Position numbers and translations under genes: made by a program. The notes beneath the pieces were generated by a model. It saw only the letters and a program-made list of their open reading frames with translations, was not told the origin of the DNA and searched no databases. This document shows positions 11,583-22,763 of a DNA stretch of 64,000 nt, in pieces (within the stretch, counting starts at the first letter, position 1; each line of letters opens with the position of its first letter). Source of the DNA: Deinococcus sp. (GTDB lineage Bacteria > Deinococcota > Deinococci > Deinococcales > Deinococcaceae). The DNA is taken from positions 1,888,001 through 1,952,000 of the forward strand of contig OZ253375.1 in NCBI GenBank assembly GCA_965261005.1, written 5' to 3'.

Positions 11583-12208
11583 GTGCTCACGCCCAGGGCG
11601 CCGTGGGCCAGCAGGGTGCGCGGGTGAACCTCGATGCCGCGTCCGCGCAGGTAGCGCACCTTGGCGCCAACCGCTTGGGCCAGCGCCGCCCCCAAGTCCC
11701 GGTGGGCCAGCGCCCGGATGTCCTCGTTGACGCCGCGCCCCGGCTCGCTCACGTCGGCGACGTACAGCGCCGCCGAGACCAGGTTGCCGCCGCCACGGGG
11801 GCCAGTGGTGTGGTCCTCGACCGCCTCCAGAATCACCTCGTCGGTGAAGCCCCAACGCGTGAGCAGCGCCCGCCCGGCCCGGCCGTGCAGCGCCAGCGGG
11901 TGGGCCGCGTCAATCGGGCACTCGGGCGGCGCGAGGCGCAGCAGCTCGGCGTCGGGCAAATCGCGCGCGATGTCGTGCAGCACGCCTGCCAAGTAGGCGC
12001 GCTCCCCGTCGCCGCCGGCCGCGCGGGCCAGCGCCCCGGCGAGTTGGGCCACCCGCAGTACATGCTCGAACCGGCGCGGCTTGACCATCAGGCGGACGCG
12101 CGCCTCCCAAGCGTCCAGATCGAAGACGCTGCCGGGCAGGGCGAGCGGGGCGCCGGGGCGCTGACCGTGGCCCGGTTGGCTGGGAAAAGCTTCAAAAGGT
12201 CTCACCAC
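11579..12208 (-). CDS. yqeK: YqeK HD-domain Ap4A hydrolase
   Basis: RFEHVLRV, LHDIAR, HTTG, YVADVSEPGR; conserved context with rsfS and obgE. Confidence 0.85.
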   Translation of the reverse strand: MVRPFEAFPSQPGHGQRPGAPLALPGSVFDLDAWEARVRLMVKPRRFEHVLRVAQLAGALARAAGGDGERAYLAGVLHDIARDLPDAELLRLAPPECPIDAAHPLALHGRAGRALLTRWGFTDEVILEAVEDHTTGPRGGGNLVSAALYVADVSEPGRGVNEDIRALAHRDLGAALAQAVGAKVRYLRGRGIEVHPRTLLAHGALGVST

Positions 12209-12331
12209 GGCGTCTCGGCGGCCTCCGCCGCGTGTCCCGAAGTATACCCGACCCGGCCGGCCCGCTTTCGTGCGCCGCTCACAGCGCCCAGGCCCCAGCG
12301 CTCAGGCTCTTTGCACTCAGACGTTCAGCGC

Positions 12332-13612
12332 TCAAGACTTGTCCTCGACGTACTCGAAACGGTACGGACCGATGGCCACGGTGTCGCCCTCCCTGGCGCC
12401 GGCGCGCTTGAGGGCGTTCGTGAGGCCCTGCTTCTTAAAGGCGCCGCTGAGGTACTCGGCGGCGGCGTCCATGTGGCGCTCGAAGCGCGACAACCTCTCC
12501 TCGAAGCCGCCGCCGCTGACCTGCAAGACCCGCTCCTCGCCCTCGCGCGTCAGCTCGATGTACAGCGGCTCCTCCACCTCCACCAGCTCGGTCGCCTCAA
12601 TTCCCGCGCGCTCCAGCCACGCCTCACGCGCAGGAAGCAGGTCAAAGAGGGCCGTCTCGAACGTCTCCAGGCCCGCGCCGCCCAGCGCGCTCACGGGCAG
12701 CACCGGCAAACCGAAGCGCGCCAGCTCCCCCTCCAAGCGGGCCACGTCCACTTCCTCCAGCGTGTCGGTCTTGTTCAGGGCGATCAGGGCGGCCAGCGCG
12801 AGAAGCGACGGGTCGTAAGAGCGCAGCTCGCCTTGCAAGCTCTCCAGCTCGCCCAGGGGGTCGCGCCCCGCGTCCAGCACGTACACCAGCAGCCGGGTGC
12901 GCGAGATGTGGCGCAGAAACTCCAGGCCCAGCCCCTTGCCCAGAGAGGCCCCCTCGATGATGCCGGGAATGTCGGCCAGCGTGAGGCGGCGGTCCTGCTC
13001 CACGTCCTCCACGACGCCCAAAATGGGCGACAAGGTGGTGAAGGGGTAGTCGGCCACCAAGGGGTTGGCGTTGCTCAGGGCGGCCAGCAAGCTGGACTTG
13101 CCGGCGTTGGGATAGCCGACCAGGCCCACGTCGGCGATCAGGCGCAGTTCCAGGCGCAGCTTGCGCTTTTCGCCCCGGGTGCCCTGCTCGGCGAAGCGCG
13201 GCGCTTGGCGGGTGGAGCTGGCGAACACGCTGTTGCCGCGCCCTCCCTGCCCGGCGCGCGCCACCCGCTCGACTTGCCCGATGCGGGTCAGGTCGGCGAC
13301 CACCTTGCCGCTCTCCAGGTCCACGGCCGCCGTGCCCACCGGCACGTCAATGCTCAGGTCGGCCCCATCGGCGCCGTGACGCAGCCGGCCCTCACCGCCG
13401 CCGCCGCTCTGCGCCTTGTACTTGCGCTGGCCGATCAGGGTGTCGAGGCTGGCCACGTTGTCCACCGCCCGCAGGTAGACGTGGCCGCCGCGCCCGCCGT
13501 GGCCACCGTCCGGCCCCCCCTTGGGCATGTACTTGGCGCGGTGAAAGCTCATGGCGCCGTCGCCGCCGTTGCCGGCGTTCACCTCGATGTCGAGCACGTC
13601 GCGAAAGGGCAT
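12332..13612 (-). CDS. obgE: GTPase ObgE
   Basis: [44 protein letters not shown]. Confidence 0.97.
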   Translation of the reverse strand: MPFRDVLDIEVNAGNGGDGAMSFHRAKYMPKGGPDGGHGGRGGHVYLRAVDNVASLDTLIGQRKYKAQSGGGGEGRLRHGADGADLSIDVPVGTAAVDLESGKVVADLTRIGQVERVARAGQGGRGNSVFASSTRQAPRFAEQGTRGEKRKLRLELRLIADVGLVGYPNAGKSSLLAALSNANPLVADYPFTTLSPILGVVEDVEQDRRLTLADIPGIIEGASLGKGLGLEFLRHISRTRLLVYVLDAGRDPLGELESLQGELRSYDPSLLALAALIALNKTDTLEEVDVARLEGELARFGLPVLPVSALGGAGLETFETALFDLLPAREAWLERAGIEATELVEVEEPLYIELTREGEERVLQVSGGGFEERLSRFERHMDAAAEYLSGAFKKQGLTNALKRAGAREGDTVAIGPYRFEYVEDKS

Positions 13613-13713
13613 AAGGAATGTGGGATGTGGAGCGTGGAGTTCAGCGCCCAGCTCTCGGTCCCTTGGCGTTCACCTCACCTTCTTGATCAAGCTTGATAAA
13701 AACCGGTTCAACG

Positions 13714-13738
13714 AAAAGCGGGGGCCAGCGGCCCCCGC
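13714..13738 (-). terminator. Intrinsic terminator after rpmA
   Basis: GCGGGGGCC/GGCCCCCGC stem followed by a T tract on the minus strand. Confidence 0.65.
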
Positions 13739-13757
13739 CGAAACGCTTGGGATGAAT

Positions 13758-14033
13758 TCAGTCGGCCGCAGCGGACGCCACTTTCGGCTGCACGCTGATA
13801 AAGCGGCCCCGCCCGCCCTTGTCGGCGAACATGACAATGCCGTCCTCCAGGGCGAACAGCGTGTGGTCGCGTCCCATGCCGACGTTTTGGCCCGCCTGGA
13901 ACTTGGTGCCGCGCTGGCGCACCAGGATGTTGCCGGCGCGCACGACCTCGCCGCCGAACTTCTTGACGCCCAAGTACTTGGGCTGGCTGTCGCGGCCGTT
14001 CTTGGAAGAACCGACGCCTTTTTTGTGTGCCAT
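13758..14033 (-). CDS. rpmA: 50S ribosomal protein L27
   Basis: [16 protein letters not shown]. Confidence 0.99.
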   Translation of the reverse strand: MAHKKGVGSSKNGRDSQPKYLGVKKFGGEVVRAGNILVRQRGTKFQAGQNVGMGRDHTLFALEDGIVMFADKGGRGRFISVQPKVASAAAD

Positions 14034-14056
14034 GAGCTGCTCCTTCCTTACTTGCC

Positions 14057-14356
<300 letters not shown>

Positions 14357-14428
14357 CCTGTTTCCTCCCGGCCCCGGACCTCGGTCCAGGGGCGCGACAC
14401 AAATCCGCCATGATGAATCGGCGGACCA

Positions 14429-15280
14429 TCAGCGGGACAGTGTAGCACGGGGGGCGGCGCGGCTCAAGACCGAATTTTTGAGCGCGGCGAACGCCGCCGG
14501 CGGCCTCAAGAGACGCCAGTTGAGCTGGTTGGGGCCGCTAAATTGCACCCGGTCCTGCGGGCGCGGTCCCCGGTAGGCGCAGTCGTAGGTCGCGTTCGTC
14601 TTACGAAAGGGCGGCCACACGACCACGGCCGCCCGCCCAGCGATGTCGCGCCGCGCCACCGGCCCGAACGAGCGCGAGTCCTCGCTGCCGTTCGCCGTGC
14701 GGTTGTCGCCCATCAGGAAGTAGTGGCCGGGCGGCACGACGAACTCGCGCGCTGTTTTTAGAAAGGCGTACTCGCGTCCGCTCTGGGCGTTGTTGGCAAT
14801 TTTGCTTCCCGTGTCCCAGCAGCCCTGCGTTTTCCAGTAGGACGTGGTAAAACCGCCGTCGAGCTGTTTGCCGTTCACGTACACCTCTCCGCCGTCAACA
14901 CGAACGGTATCGCCGGGCAGCCCGATCAGACGCTTGATCAGGAAAGGGCGATAGGTCCACAAGTTTAAAAACGGCTTGTCCTCGTTCACGGCCTGCGTGG
15001 GCGGTTTGAAGATCAGGATGTCGCCGCGCTTGAAGTCCCCCAGGCCGGCCTTATGCAGCCAAGTTTCGTACTTGGGCACCAGGACGCGCTCGCCGCTCCG
15101 CAGGTTCGGCATCATGGAGGCGCCGCTCACGCCCACCAGCGTGCCCAGGAACTGGGTGACGATGACCGCGAATAAGACAGGTTCGAGCAGCTCCTTGTAC
15201 AGGCGGCGCCAGAATGGGGCCTTGACCATCAGGGGTGGTGGACGGGTGATGAAGCGCCGTGTTGTGCTTGGGCGGGACAA
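14429..15280 (-). CDS. lepB: Signal peptidase I (start codon uncertain)
   Basis: [23 protein letters not shown]...S.DSR.FG. Confidence 0.93.
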   Translation of the reverse strand: MSRPSTTRRFITRPPPLMVKAPFWRRLYKELLEPVLFAVIVTQFLGTLVGVSGASMMPNLRSGERVLVPKYETWLHKAGLGDFKRGDILIFKPPTQAVNEDKPFLNLWTYRPFLIKRLIGLPGDTVRVDGGEVYVNGKQLDGGFTTSYWKTQGCWDTGSKIANNAQSGREYAFLKTAREFVVPPGHYFLMGDNRTANGSEDSRSFGPVARRDIAGRAAVVVWPPFRKTNATYDCAYRGPRPQDRVQFSGPNQLNWRLLRPPAAFAALKNSVLSRAAPRATLSR

Positions 15281-15597
15281 GTCGCTTGGCGCCCACGCTC
15301 CGCCGCCCGCGACCAGGAAAATAAACCGAGGGCCGCCGTACTCAGGCTGACGGTCAAGAGAAGGGAGTTCAGCACGGCGGGCAGGGTGTGAACCTTGTGT
15401 AGGGCGAGGTTCACGCGCCCGGCGGAGCCGAACTCGCGCACGGCCCGCTTAAGCGCTTCCGTTTGGCTCAGCCCAGCGACCTGCAAGTCCAGGGCGTGCT
15501 GAACGATATTGGCGCGCAGCTCCTCGCGGACAGCTTGGCGACGCCTGCCGGCGAGGCCACGGCAGGCCCGACCCAGGTAGCGGTCGAGGTCGCTCAC
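15229..15597 (-). CDS. Small membrane protein with HAAS/permease-prefix N-terminal domain (PadR partner)
   Basis: DRYL......GL....R..V.EEL.......A...FG motif, coupled to padR. Confidence 0.6.
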   Translation of the reverse strand: MSDLDRYLGRACRGLAGRRRQAVREELRANIVQHALDLQVAGLSQTEALKRAVREFGSAGRVNLALHKVHTLPAVLNSLLLTVSLSTAALGLFSWSRAAERGRQATCPAQAQHGASSPVHHP

Positions 15598-15929
15598 GGC
15601 TCGCCCGTCCCCGGCCACAGCGCCTTTACGGCGCGGTCGAAATCGGCGTAGGCGGCGCGCTTGTCGGCCAGCGTCCGGCGTCCGGCGTCGGTCAAGCGGT
15701 AGTAGCGCACGCTCGGCCCGCCCCTGGGCGGCTGGCGCGTCTCGGCGGCCACCCAGCCGGCCTTTTCCAAACGGTGCAGGGCGGGGTACAGGCTGCCGGC
15801 GTTCAGCTGGAAGTACCCCTCGGTGCGCGCGTTCGCCTCCTTGGTGATCTCCAAACCGTAGCGCTCGCCGTCCCGCAAGATGCTCAGCAGAATCAGGTCG
15901 AGGTTGCCCTTGAGCAAATTGAGGTCCAT
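15594..15929 (-). CDS. PadR-family transcriptional regulator
   Basis: KGNLDLILL...YGLEI...GSLYPALHRLE...RYYRLT. Confidence 0.92.
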   Translation of the reverse strand: MDLNLLKGNLDLILLSILRDGERYGLEITKEANARTEGYFQLNAGSLYPALHRLEKAGWVAAETRQPPRGGPSVRYYRLTDAGRRTLADKRAAYADFDRAVKALWPGTGEP

Positions 15930-15995
15930 CGCCCCTCCTATAAGAGTCTGAGTATCAGGATATGATATTCAAGAGCGGAGGGCAAGAGGGTTTGG

Positions 15996-16517
15996 CTACA
16001 GGCCGAGCCGCTTCCAGTACAACCGGGTCCCGGTCAGCCCGCCATGCGGCTTGAGGGCGTAGTCGGGAATCTCGCCGGCGAAGGCGAAGCCCAGCCGCTC
16101 GTACAGCCCAGCCGCCCCGCCGTCGCTCGCGGTGTCGAGGACCAGCAGCGTGCGCCCCCGCGCCCTAGCCAAATCCTCGGCCACCTTCAACAAAGCCGTC
16201 GCCACGCCCCGGCCCCGATGGCTCAGGCGGGTCATCATCTTGGCGATCTCGGCCCGGTGGGGCTGGTTGGGCGGGCAGTTTAGCAGCAGAGTGACGGTGC
16301 CAATCAAGACTTCGCCGTCCCAGGCGCCCAGGATGATTCGCTCGCCCCGCTGCGCCGCCGCCAGGGCACCGTCCCAAAAGGTCCTTGCCGCCTCCGGCGC
16401 CAGCGGGTGCATAAAGCCGACCGAGCCGCCGTTTGCCACCACCTCGATCAGGAGGTCTCCCAGAGAATCGCGGACGTTGGGGGCGGCGCTCAGGAGGTTG
16501 ATGACGATTTCAGGCAT
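15996..16517 (-). CDS. GNAT N-acetyltransferase
   Basis: PNQPHRAEIAK, HRGRGVA, LLVLDT, LYERLGF; GGAGG RBS before MPEIV. Confidence 0.9.
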   Translation of the reverse strand: MPEIVINLLSAAPNVRDSLGDLLIEVVANGGSVGFMHPLAPEAARTFWDGALAAAQRGERIILGAWDGEVLIGTVTLLLNCPPNQPHRAEIAKMMTRLSHRGRGVATALLKVAEDLARARGRTLLVLDTASDGGAAGLYERLGFAFAGEIPDYALKPHGGLTGTRLYWKRLGL

Positions 16518-16572
16518 GGCGGCTCCTCCAGAACGAGCATAAGGAAACCGGGACGGGCGGGTACGATGGGCC

Positions 16573-16758
16573 ATGTCCGCGTCCCCGCACCTCGGCGATC
16601 CCAGGGACGAGCGCCACGCGACTTGGCTGGAGCTGTTCTTCGACCTCGCGTTCGTGGTCACGGTGTCCGGCGTGGGCGAGCGCTTTGGCGCGGAGGCAGC
16701 AGGCCCAGGGGTCAGCACCAGGCCGTCTTCAGGTTCTGAGCGAGACAACAGCTTGTGA
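16573..16758 (+). pseudogene. N-terminal fragment of low-temperature requirement protein A (LtrA)
   Basis: ERHATWLELFFDLAFVV is the LtrA N-terminal signature; similarity is lost after about 40 aa. Confidence 0.6.
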
Positions 16759-17373
16759 AGCTGGCTGATAATCAAGCTCTGGCGTGCCAGAAGCGATGAC
16801 GTCCGCCCGCTCCCACGGCCGCTCTTGAGCAAAAAAGGGAAACTCCTCGGCCATCCACTCATCCCAAAATGATTCGACCTCAGCTGTGCCGCCGTCACGC
16901 GCCAAGCCCCGTGTTCTCGCCTCTTTTATGTCGGACTGCACCCACACCACGACATCGATCCATGGCGTCAGTTCGCGACGGGCCGCGCCGCTGCCCTCCA
17001 AGATGACCAAGGGACAGCCGGAAGGCACCACAATGGCCCCTTCCCGGCTTCGCGCCTCCCAAGCCGGGGGTCGGTAGCGCACCTCCTGACCGGCGTACAT
17101 AGGAATGAGCACGCCGTCGCGGACGAGCGCTGCCCAGTCAAAAAAGGCATGGTGCCAAGCGATATCGTCGGTGTGTACGACGACAGAGCCGGGAACTACA
17201 CGACTGAACATCGCCGCCAACGTTGATTTCCCACTCGCCCCACGACCGTCAACTGCGAGGACGCCCGGTCTTTCACTCGCATCTGGAAACTTGGGTCGCC
17301 ATGAGTCAAGCAGCGCCACCAAGGAAACGACGTTCCACGGCTCAAAATCGGGTTCTTCCGGGGGCAACTTCAT
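16729..17373 (-). CDS. P-loop NTPase, uridine-kinase-like
   Basis: AVDGRGASGKST, HTDD, ILEG motifs. Confidence 0.75.
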   Translation of the reverse strand: MKLPPEEPDFEPWNVVSLVALLDSWRPKFPDASERPGVLAVDGRGASGKSTLAAMFSRVVPGSVVVHTDDIAWHHAFFDWAALVRDGVLIPMYAGQEVRYRPPAWEARSREGAIVVPSGCPLVILEGSGAARRELTPWIDVVVWVQSDIKEARTRGLARDGGTAEVESFWDEWMAEEFPFFAQERPWERADVIASGTPELDYQPASQAVVSLRT

Positions 17374-17445
17374 TGGTTCTCACCCTATAAGTAGACACGC
17401 TATGAGAATTGACTTTTCGCCCCGGTCAGGAGTTTCGATTGGTCG

Positions 17446-17649
17446 TCAGCCCAGCTCTACCTCGTCGTCCTCTTCCCCGAGCGCGCGGCGCACCGCCTCC
17501 AAACGCTCCTTGCACGCCTCGTAGGCCGCCCGCGCCTCTTCGAGCAGCGGCAGCACCTCGTCGAGGTCGGCGTCCCCCTCCTCCAGCCGGGCGGCGATGC
17601 GGCTGAGGGTGGCGTAGTGGGTTCGGAAGTTTTTGGAGTCGGCGCTCAT
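17446..17649 (-). CDS. xseB: Exodeoxyribonuclease VII small subunit
   Basis: L..I...LE.G..DLDE......E......CKERL; follows xseA. Confidence 0.85.
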   Translation of the reverse strand: MSADSKNFRTHYATLSRIAARLEEGDADLDEVLPLLEEARAAYEACKERLEAVRRALGEEDDEVELG

Positions 17650-18815
17650 ACGGTCACGTCCACCACACCATCTTGAAACTCCAAGGTGAGACGCCCGGCG
17701 CGCCTCGCCTCGTCGGCGCGGCTGACGACGCCGGCCTCCGAACGCACCAGGGCGTAGCCGCGCCTCAGGGTGCGCTGCGGGGTCAGGCCCAGCACGGCGC
17801 GCATGGCCCCGTCGAGGTCGGCGGCGCGGCGGCCCACCAGTTGGCGGGCGGCGCGCAATACCTGCGCCCGCGCCGCCCCCGCCGCCAACTCCGCCCGGCG
17901 CAGCGCCGCGCGCCCCCCCGCCTGGACGGTTTCAAAATTCGCCTCGGCCTCGCGGGCGCCCTCCAGCACGCTATTTACAATCAGGGCAATCGCCTTGGAG
18001 GGCGTGTCACAGCGCCGGGCGGCGACCTCGTCCAGAATGGTGTCGTCGCGAGCATGGCCGATGCCGGTGATGACCGGAACCGGAAAGCGCGCCAGCGCGC
18101 GGGCCAGATCCAGGTCGTTCAGCCACGCGAGGTCGGTGCTGGCTCCCCCGCCGCGAATCAGCACCAGCGCGTCGAAGGGGTCGGCGGCGTGGGCCAGGTG
18201 CGCTTCAGAAAGTGCGGCCAGCAGCGAGGCCGGCGCCGCGCGGCCCTGAAACAGCGCCTCAAAATAAACGAAGTCGCACACGCCCGAGAGGCGGTCGGCC
18301 TCGCGCCGGAAGTCGCCGAGGCCGGCGGCGTTCTTGGGACTCAGCACCGCCACGCGCCCAAAATCTTCCGGCAGCGGCAGGGCGCGGTTGGCCTCGTAGC
18401 TGCCTTCCGAGAGCAGCGTCTCGCGCAAACGGTCGAGCTTCTGGCGCATGTCCCCCAGCGTGAACTCGGGCGCCAGGTCGATCACCGTCAGCGAGAAGCC
18501 GTACTGCGTGTGGAACTCGGGCACCACCGACAGCAGCACCTTGGTGTCGGGCCGCAACCCCGCCCCGGTGGCGCGGCGGAACTTGCCCTCCAGCGCGGCG
18601 CGCTCCCCCGCCCACAAATTGGCGCGCGTCTTGGCGATTTCGCGGCCAGCCTCGTCGTGCTGTACCAGGTCCAGGTAGAGGTGGCGGCGGTCGGTCAGGG
18701 CGGCGATCTCGGCCTGCACCCACACGCTGCCGGGAATGCCGCGCGCCAAGACCATGCCCACGTAGTCGAGCAGCTCGGCCAGCTGAAGGGATTGGCGCGG
18801 CGCCGCTACCGCCAT
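17646..18815 (-). CDS. xseA: Exodeoxyribonuclease VII large subunit
   Basis: [30 protein letters not shown] motifs. Confidence 0.92.
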   Translation of the reverse strand: MAVAAPRQSLQLAELLDYVGMVLARGIPGSVWVQAEIAALTDRRHLYLDLVQHDEAGREIAKTRANLWAGERAALEGKFRRATGAGLRPDTKVLLSVVPEFHTQYGFSLTVIDLAPEFTLGDMRQKLDRLRETLLSEGSYEANRALPLPEDFGRVAVLSPKNAAGLGDFRREADRLSGVCDFVYFEALFQGRAAPASLLAALSEAHLAHAADPFDALVLIRGGGASTDLAWLNDLDLARALARFPVPVITGIGHARDDTILDEVAARRCDTPSKAIALIVNSVLEGAREAEANFETVQAGGRAALRRAELAAGAARAQVLRAARQLVGRRAADLDGAMRAVLGLTPQRTLRRGYALVRSEAGVVSRADEARRAGRLTLEFQDGVVDVTV

Positions 18816-19189
18816 ACGGTTCCCGCCACAATGCGGCCCAACACGACGGCCAAGAGGCCCAGCCCCAGGTTGCCCAGGAGATAAGCGCCGGCGCCGCCCC
18901 ACTCGGCGCGCCCCAGCAGCCCGTCGGCGTCCACCGCGAAGGTCGAAAAGGTGGTAAAGGCGCCCAGAAAGCCCACCCCGAGGGCGCGCTGCCACTCCAA
19001 ACTGAGCAAACCGCGCCCGAACAACGTCACGACCAAGCCCAGCGCGAACGACCCCAGCACGTTGATAAACAGGGTCCCCAGCGGAAAGCCCGCCCACGCC
19101 GTCCTGAGCGTGAGCGTCCCGATCAAACCGCCCAACCCGTAGCGCGCCAGCGCCCCCAGCGCCCCGCCGATTGCCACGCCCAGCCACAT
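18806..19189 (-). CDS. crcB: Fluoride efflux channel Fluc/CrcB
   Basis: [33 protein letters not shown]. Confidence 0.95.
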   Translation of the reverse strand: MWLGVAIGGALGALARYGLGGLIGTLTLRTAWAGFPLGTLFINVLGSFALGLVVTLFGRGLLSLEWQRALGVGFLGAFTTFSTFAVDADGLLGRAEWGGAGAYLLGNLGLGLLAVVLGRIVAGTVWR

Positions 19190-19282
19190 AGGGGGAGCAT
19201 AGCGCCCGCGCAGAATGGCGGGGGCATGATGCTCCAACAGGGTAACGTCGCCGGTAACCTTTCCAAGTACTATGCTCGGAAG

Positions 19283-19663
19283 ATGACGATTCCCGAACAC
19301 CGTATCCAGCGTGCGATTAAGGCGCAGATGCAGCGCCTCGGCGTCAGCAACGCGGACCTGGCGCGCAAGCTCGGCGTGAAGCCTCCGCACGTCTCCCGCG
19401 TGGTGAGCCGTCAAAGCGCGCGAATTCCGGACAGCCTGCTCACGCTGCTGGCCGCCCTCGATCTCGAACCGACCGTGAAGCCCCGCGCCGAGGGTGAACG
19501 TCCCTTGACCGCTGCGGGCGTTCCGTACACGGGCGACCCTGAAACGGACGCCGTTCTCAACGACCACCCGGACATTCTGGAGCGGGCCGCAAAGCTCGAA
19601 GGCGGTAAGGACAAACTGATTCCCCTGGAATCGCTGCTGCGGGAACTCGGCGTGAGGCCGTGA
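19283..19663 (+). CDS. XRE/Cro-type HTH protein, possibly antitoxin-like
   Basis: [21 protein letters not shown] helix-turn-helix; C-terminal [11 protein letters not shown] resembles antitoxin tails. Confidence 0.65.
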   Translation: MTIPEHRIQRAIKAQMQRLGVSNADLARKLGVKPPHVSRVVSRQSARIPDSLLTLLAALDLEPTVKPRAEGERPLTAAGVPYTGDPETDAVLNDHPDILERAAKLEGGKDKLIPLESLLRELGVRP

Positions 19664-19683
19664 CCCTCTTCAGGGTCTTCCGT

Positions 19684-20479
19684 ATATCTGATGAGCGAGG
19701 TAGCGCGGGATGGGAAGGGGGGGTAAGGAAGTGGGCATGAGCGGCGAGGTGACACCCAGCGTCACAGAGCTTCTCGACCTGGTGCAGACCCTCACCGCGC
19801 GGATTGAGCGCCTGGAAACTGAGAACCAGCAGTTGCGCGAAGAGAACACTCGTCTGAACAAGCGCCTTGGTGAGCTGGAGCGCCGTCAGAAGAAGACGGT
19901 GGCGCCCTCCGGCCGCGACACCCCCAAGGCTCACCCTCAATCCCCTGGGCGCCGTGCCGGATAAGGCGTGTTCAGTTACCGCGCGCCACCCCAAGCGGGC
20001 GACATCACGCGCGTGGTCGAGGTGTCGCTGCCCGCGACCTGTCCATGTGGTGGTGCGTTGGAAGCGCAGCACAGCGACCTCGTCAGCTTGACCGACTTGC
20101 CCGTGAGACGTCCCAGCGTGACGGCCTCCCATCTGGCGGTGGGGCAGTGTCGGCGCTGTGGTCGCCGGCTGGGGTTCGCGCCGTGCCGCTCACAAGAAAA
20201 CAAGCGGCTGGTGCGGGGGAGAGTCAAGCATCACGAGCGGTGAAATCTGCTGCACTTCCTGCTGGACCCGAACCTTCCGCCGACGAACGACGTGGCGGAA
20301 CGAGCCTTGCGGCCGGCGGTGATCGCCCGCAAAGTGTCGCAGTGCAGCAAGACCGCAGCGGGAAGCGCAGCCTTCGCCATCTTCAAGTCCCTGACGCAGA
20401 CCGCACGGTTCGCTGGACTCGATCCCTTTCAAACCCGGCTCAACCACCGCCGAGAGCAGAACACCCGCTCATCACATAC
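19684..20479 (+). mobile_element. Degenerate, internally deleted IS66-family element
   Basis: Imperfect TIRs ATATCTGATGAGCG / CGCTCATCACATAC; fragments of coiled-coil N-terminus, CPCGG..CRRCG zinc finger and PPTNDVAERALRPAVIARKVS C-terminus broken by stops and frameshifts. Confidence 0.75.
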
Positions 20480-20613
20480 GACAAAACCAGGGGCGTCCTA
20501 AACTGGTCATCGGTGCTGAGGGTCGCCGCCAAACGATAGCCCCCGGTGTCAGACCTGAGCAACAAACGACTCTACCGCCTCACCTTCCGGATCAAGTCAC
20601 AGAAAGGACACGC

Positions 20614-21309
20614 ATGAGCGAGATGGAGCCGCGCAAGGTCACGACCCTGATCCCCGCAAGAAGTAAGGCGCCGCTGGTCGTCGGCGGTCTGATCGCCGGC
20701 ACGCTGGGCCTGGTGGTCATTGCAGCGGCAGCCGTGGCCCTGTTCCAGGTGGCGCTGACCGCCGTGACGGTCGTGGCCTGGGTGGTGGTGGTCGCCGCCT
20801 TCTGGTACCTGTGGCCCGCGCTGGTCTACAGCCTTCAGGTCGGGCGGCTCAGGCTTGAGGACGCCGTGACCCGCGCCAATCCCCTGGAGGCGCTGGAGCT
20901 GGAACGGCAGAACTTCGCGCAGCTGATTCAGAGCAAGACGGCCCAGCTCGCGGCGGCGGGCGGCGAGCTGAAGAACGTCGAGCGGGTCTTCGCCGAGAGC
21001 CAGGGGGACCTGAGCGTGGAGCGCCGCGAGGCGTGGAGCGCGCAGATCGAGAACCGCAAGACCGCCTACGCCACCGCGCAACAGCGGCTTGACGACCTGC
21101 GCGTCAAGCTGACGGCCTTCGACCGGGAAATCAAGGTGGCCCGCGCCGAGATGCAGATGGCCGACGCCGACGCCTCGCTGGCCAAGGCGCTCGACAAGTC
21201 CGGCGTCACGCCCGATCTATCGCGCAAGACCAGGACGGCCGTCGAGAGCATCACCAAGGAGATTGGGCAGTCCTCGGCCCTGCTCGAAGAAGCCTTGAGG
21301 GCGGTATGA
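20614..21309 (+). CDS. Membrane-anchored coiled-coil hypothetical protein
   Basis: Two TM helices followed by a long heptad-rich region; first gene of a coupled operon. Confidence 0.7.
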   Translation: MSEMEPRKVTTLIPARSKAPLVVGGLIAGTLGLVVIAAAAVALFQVALTAVTVVAWVVVVAAFWYLWPALVYSLQVGRLRLEDAVTRANPLEALELERQNFAQLIQSKTAQLAAAGGELKNVERVFAESQGDLSVERREAWSAQIENRKTAYATAQQRLDDLRVKLTAFDREIKVARAEMQMADADASLAKALDKSGVTPDLSRKTRTAVESITKEIGQSSALLEEALRAV

Positions 21310-21467
21310 AACGTCCCGCCCGCATCGCCGTCACCTTCGGCGTGATCTTAGCGCTCGCCGTCGGCGTGATCGCCTGGGACCAGTCGCGCGCTCACGGGGT
21401 GGCCGGGACCGTCCAGCAAAGCGGCCAGGGTACGTCGCCGAGCGATCCCTTCGGAGGTCTGAAGTGA
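21306..21467 (+). CDS. Small membrane/secreted protein (53 aa)
   Basis: MKRPARIAVTFGVILALAVGVIAWDQ...; ATGA and GTGA overlaps with both neighbours. Confidence 0.6.
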   Translation: MKRPARIAVTFGVILALAVGVIAWDQSRAHGVAGTVQQSGQGTSPSDPFGGLK

Positions 21468-21888
21468 GCAGAAAGACGGGCAGCATCGACGTGTGGGGCG
21501 TTCTGCTGCGCGAGGTCAAGGCCAGCTTGGTCGAGACCACGCGCGGCGTTTCCGAATTGCTGCTCGATGGCCTGCCCTACCTGGTGACCCGCCAGAACTT
21601 TGGTCTGTTCATTCTCATGCGGATTCCGCTCAATTTCGTACAGTCGAGAACAGCGCTCGCCCGTACTCCATACCGCGAAGGGCTGTATCTCTTTCCTCCT
21701 CACGCCAAGCGAAGGGGAGGCGAAGCTTTTGCAGCTTCAAATTGATGGCCGAGGACGGCGCCGTCTTCGTCAACGACGGGGGTTGGAACACGACCCTGAC
21801 GGGTCCCCCGGGGGACGTCAAAGAAGAGCTGCAAGCGCTTGAACACGACCTCGCCTCCTTCACGGCATCCCCAAGGAGAACACCATGA
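21464..21888 (+). pseudogene. Hypothetical gene interrupted by a MITE
   Basis: Removing the 128-bp insert (21617-21744) rejoins ...FGLFILM-AEDGAVF...RRTP* in frame, ending with an ATGA overlap on the TAXI gene. Confidence 0.6.
21618..21742. repeat. Truncated copy of the TACGGATTCCG MITE
   Basis: TCA|TGCGGATTCCGCT..CGTACAGTCGAGAACAGC..GCCAAGCGAAGGGGAGGCGAA shared with the 6533 and 42673 copies; right TIR missing. Confidence 0.8.
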
Positions 21889-22763
21889 AACGACTGCTGC
21901 TGCTCGCCCTGCTGTCCCTACCCTCATCCCTGGCCCAGAACGTCCTCAACGTCGCCACCGGCGGCCCCACAGGAACCTACACCCAAATCTTCAAAAACAT
22001 GGGCGACGTCTGCGCGGGCGCCTCATGGCTGAAGGAGGTCCACACCGGCGGCTCCATCGACAACGTCGACATGCTGCTTGGCAACAAGGTCTCGCTGGCC
22101 TTCGCCCAGGTGGACGTCCTCAAGGCGCGCGCTCAGATCGACGGCGACACCCGCGTGAACGAGATTCGGGCGCTGCTGCCCCTGTATGATGAGGAGATTC
22201 ACGTTCTGGCCCTCACGCCGAAAAAGACCGGCGGCGTACTCGGCATTGGCGCCAAGATGACCGGCGTGACCAAGTTCAGCGAACTCGGCGGCAAGCGGGT
22301 GGGCGCCTGGGGCGGCAGCGTGGTCACCGCGCGGGTGATGAGCGCGATGGGCGGCGTCAAGTACAGCGTGGTCCCGCTGCAAAACCAGGCGGCCGGGCTG
22401 GCCGCCCTCGCCGGCGGTCAGGTGGACGCCCTGATCGCGGTGGTCGGCCAGCCCGCCAGCTGGATCGCCGACCTCGATCCGGCGCGCTTCGCGCTGATCC
22501 CGGTCGATGTGAGCGGCAAGCTGGCTGACTTTTACCACCCGGCCAAGCTGATCTACCCCAAGTTCGGCGCCGGCGTGCCCACCTACGCGGTGCAGAGCGT
22601 TCTGGCGACCCGTAACTTCAAGAGTGCAGACAAGAAAAAGCTGCTGCTGGCTTACCAAAACTGCGTTGAGTCCAAGCTGACCGACCTTCAGGAGAACGAG
22701 GGAATGCACCCCAAGTGGCAAGACGTGACCTTCAAAAACAGCGCGTGGCCGCTGTACAAGTAG
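21885..22763 (+). CDS. TAXI-family TRAP solute-binding protein
   Basis: Signal peptide; ATGGPTGTY, TGGSIDN, LAFAQVD, LYDEEIHV motifs. Confidence 0.85.
   Translation: MKRLLLLALLSLPSSLAQNVLNVATGGPTGTYTQIFKNMGDVCAGASWLKEVHTGGSIDNVDMLLGNKVSLAFAQVDVLKARAQIDGDTRVNEIRALLPLYDEEIHVLALTPKKTGGVLGIGAKMTGVTKFSELGGKRVGAWGGSVVTARVMSAMGGVKYSVVPLQNQAAGLAALAGGQVDALIAVVGQPASWIADLDPARFALIPVDVSGKLADFYHPAKLIYPKFGAGVPTYAVQSVLATRNFKSADKKKLLLAYQNCVESKLTDLQENEGMHPKWQDVTFKNSAWPLYK

Noticed and set aside
11603..13696. Long antisense ORFs (also 38500-40764, 46286-48430, 26898-28919, 52673-54307)
   Set aside because: Shadow ORFs opposite well-supported genes, expected at high GC.
17646..19187. 513-aa extended XseA
   Set aside because: The extension overlaps crcB out of frame; XseA starts at 18815.
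19190..19280. Fluoride riboswitch upstream of crcB
   Set aside because: I could not identify the conserved riboswitch motif on the minus strand.
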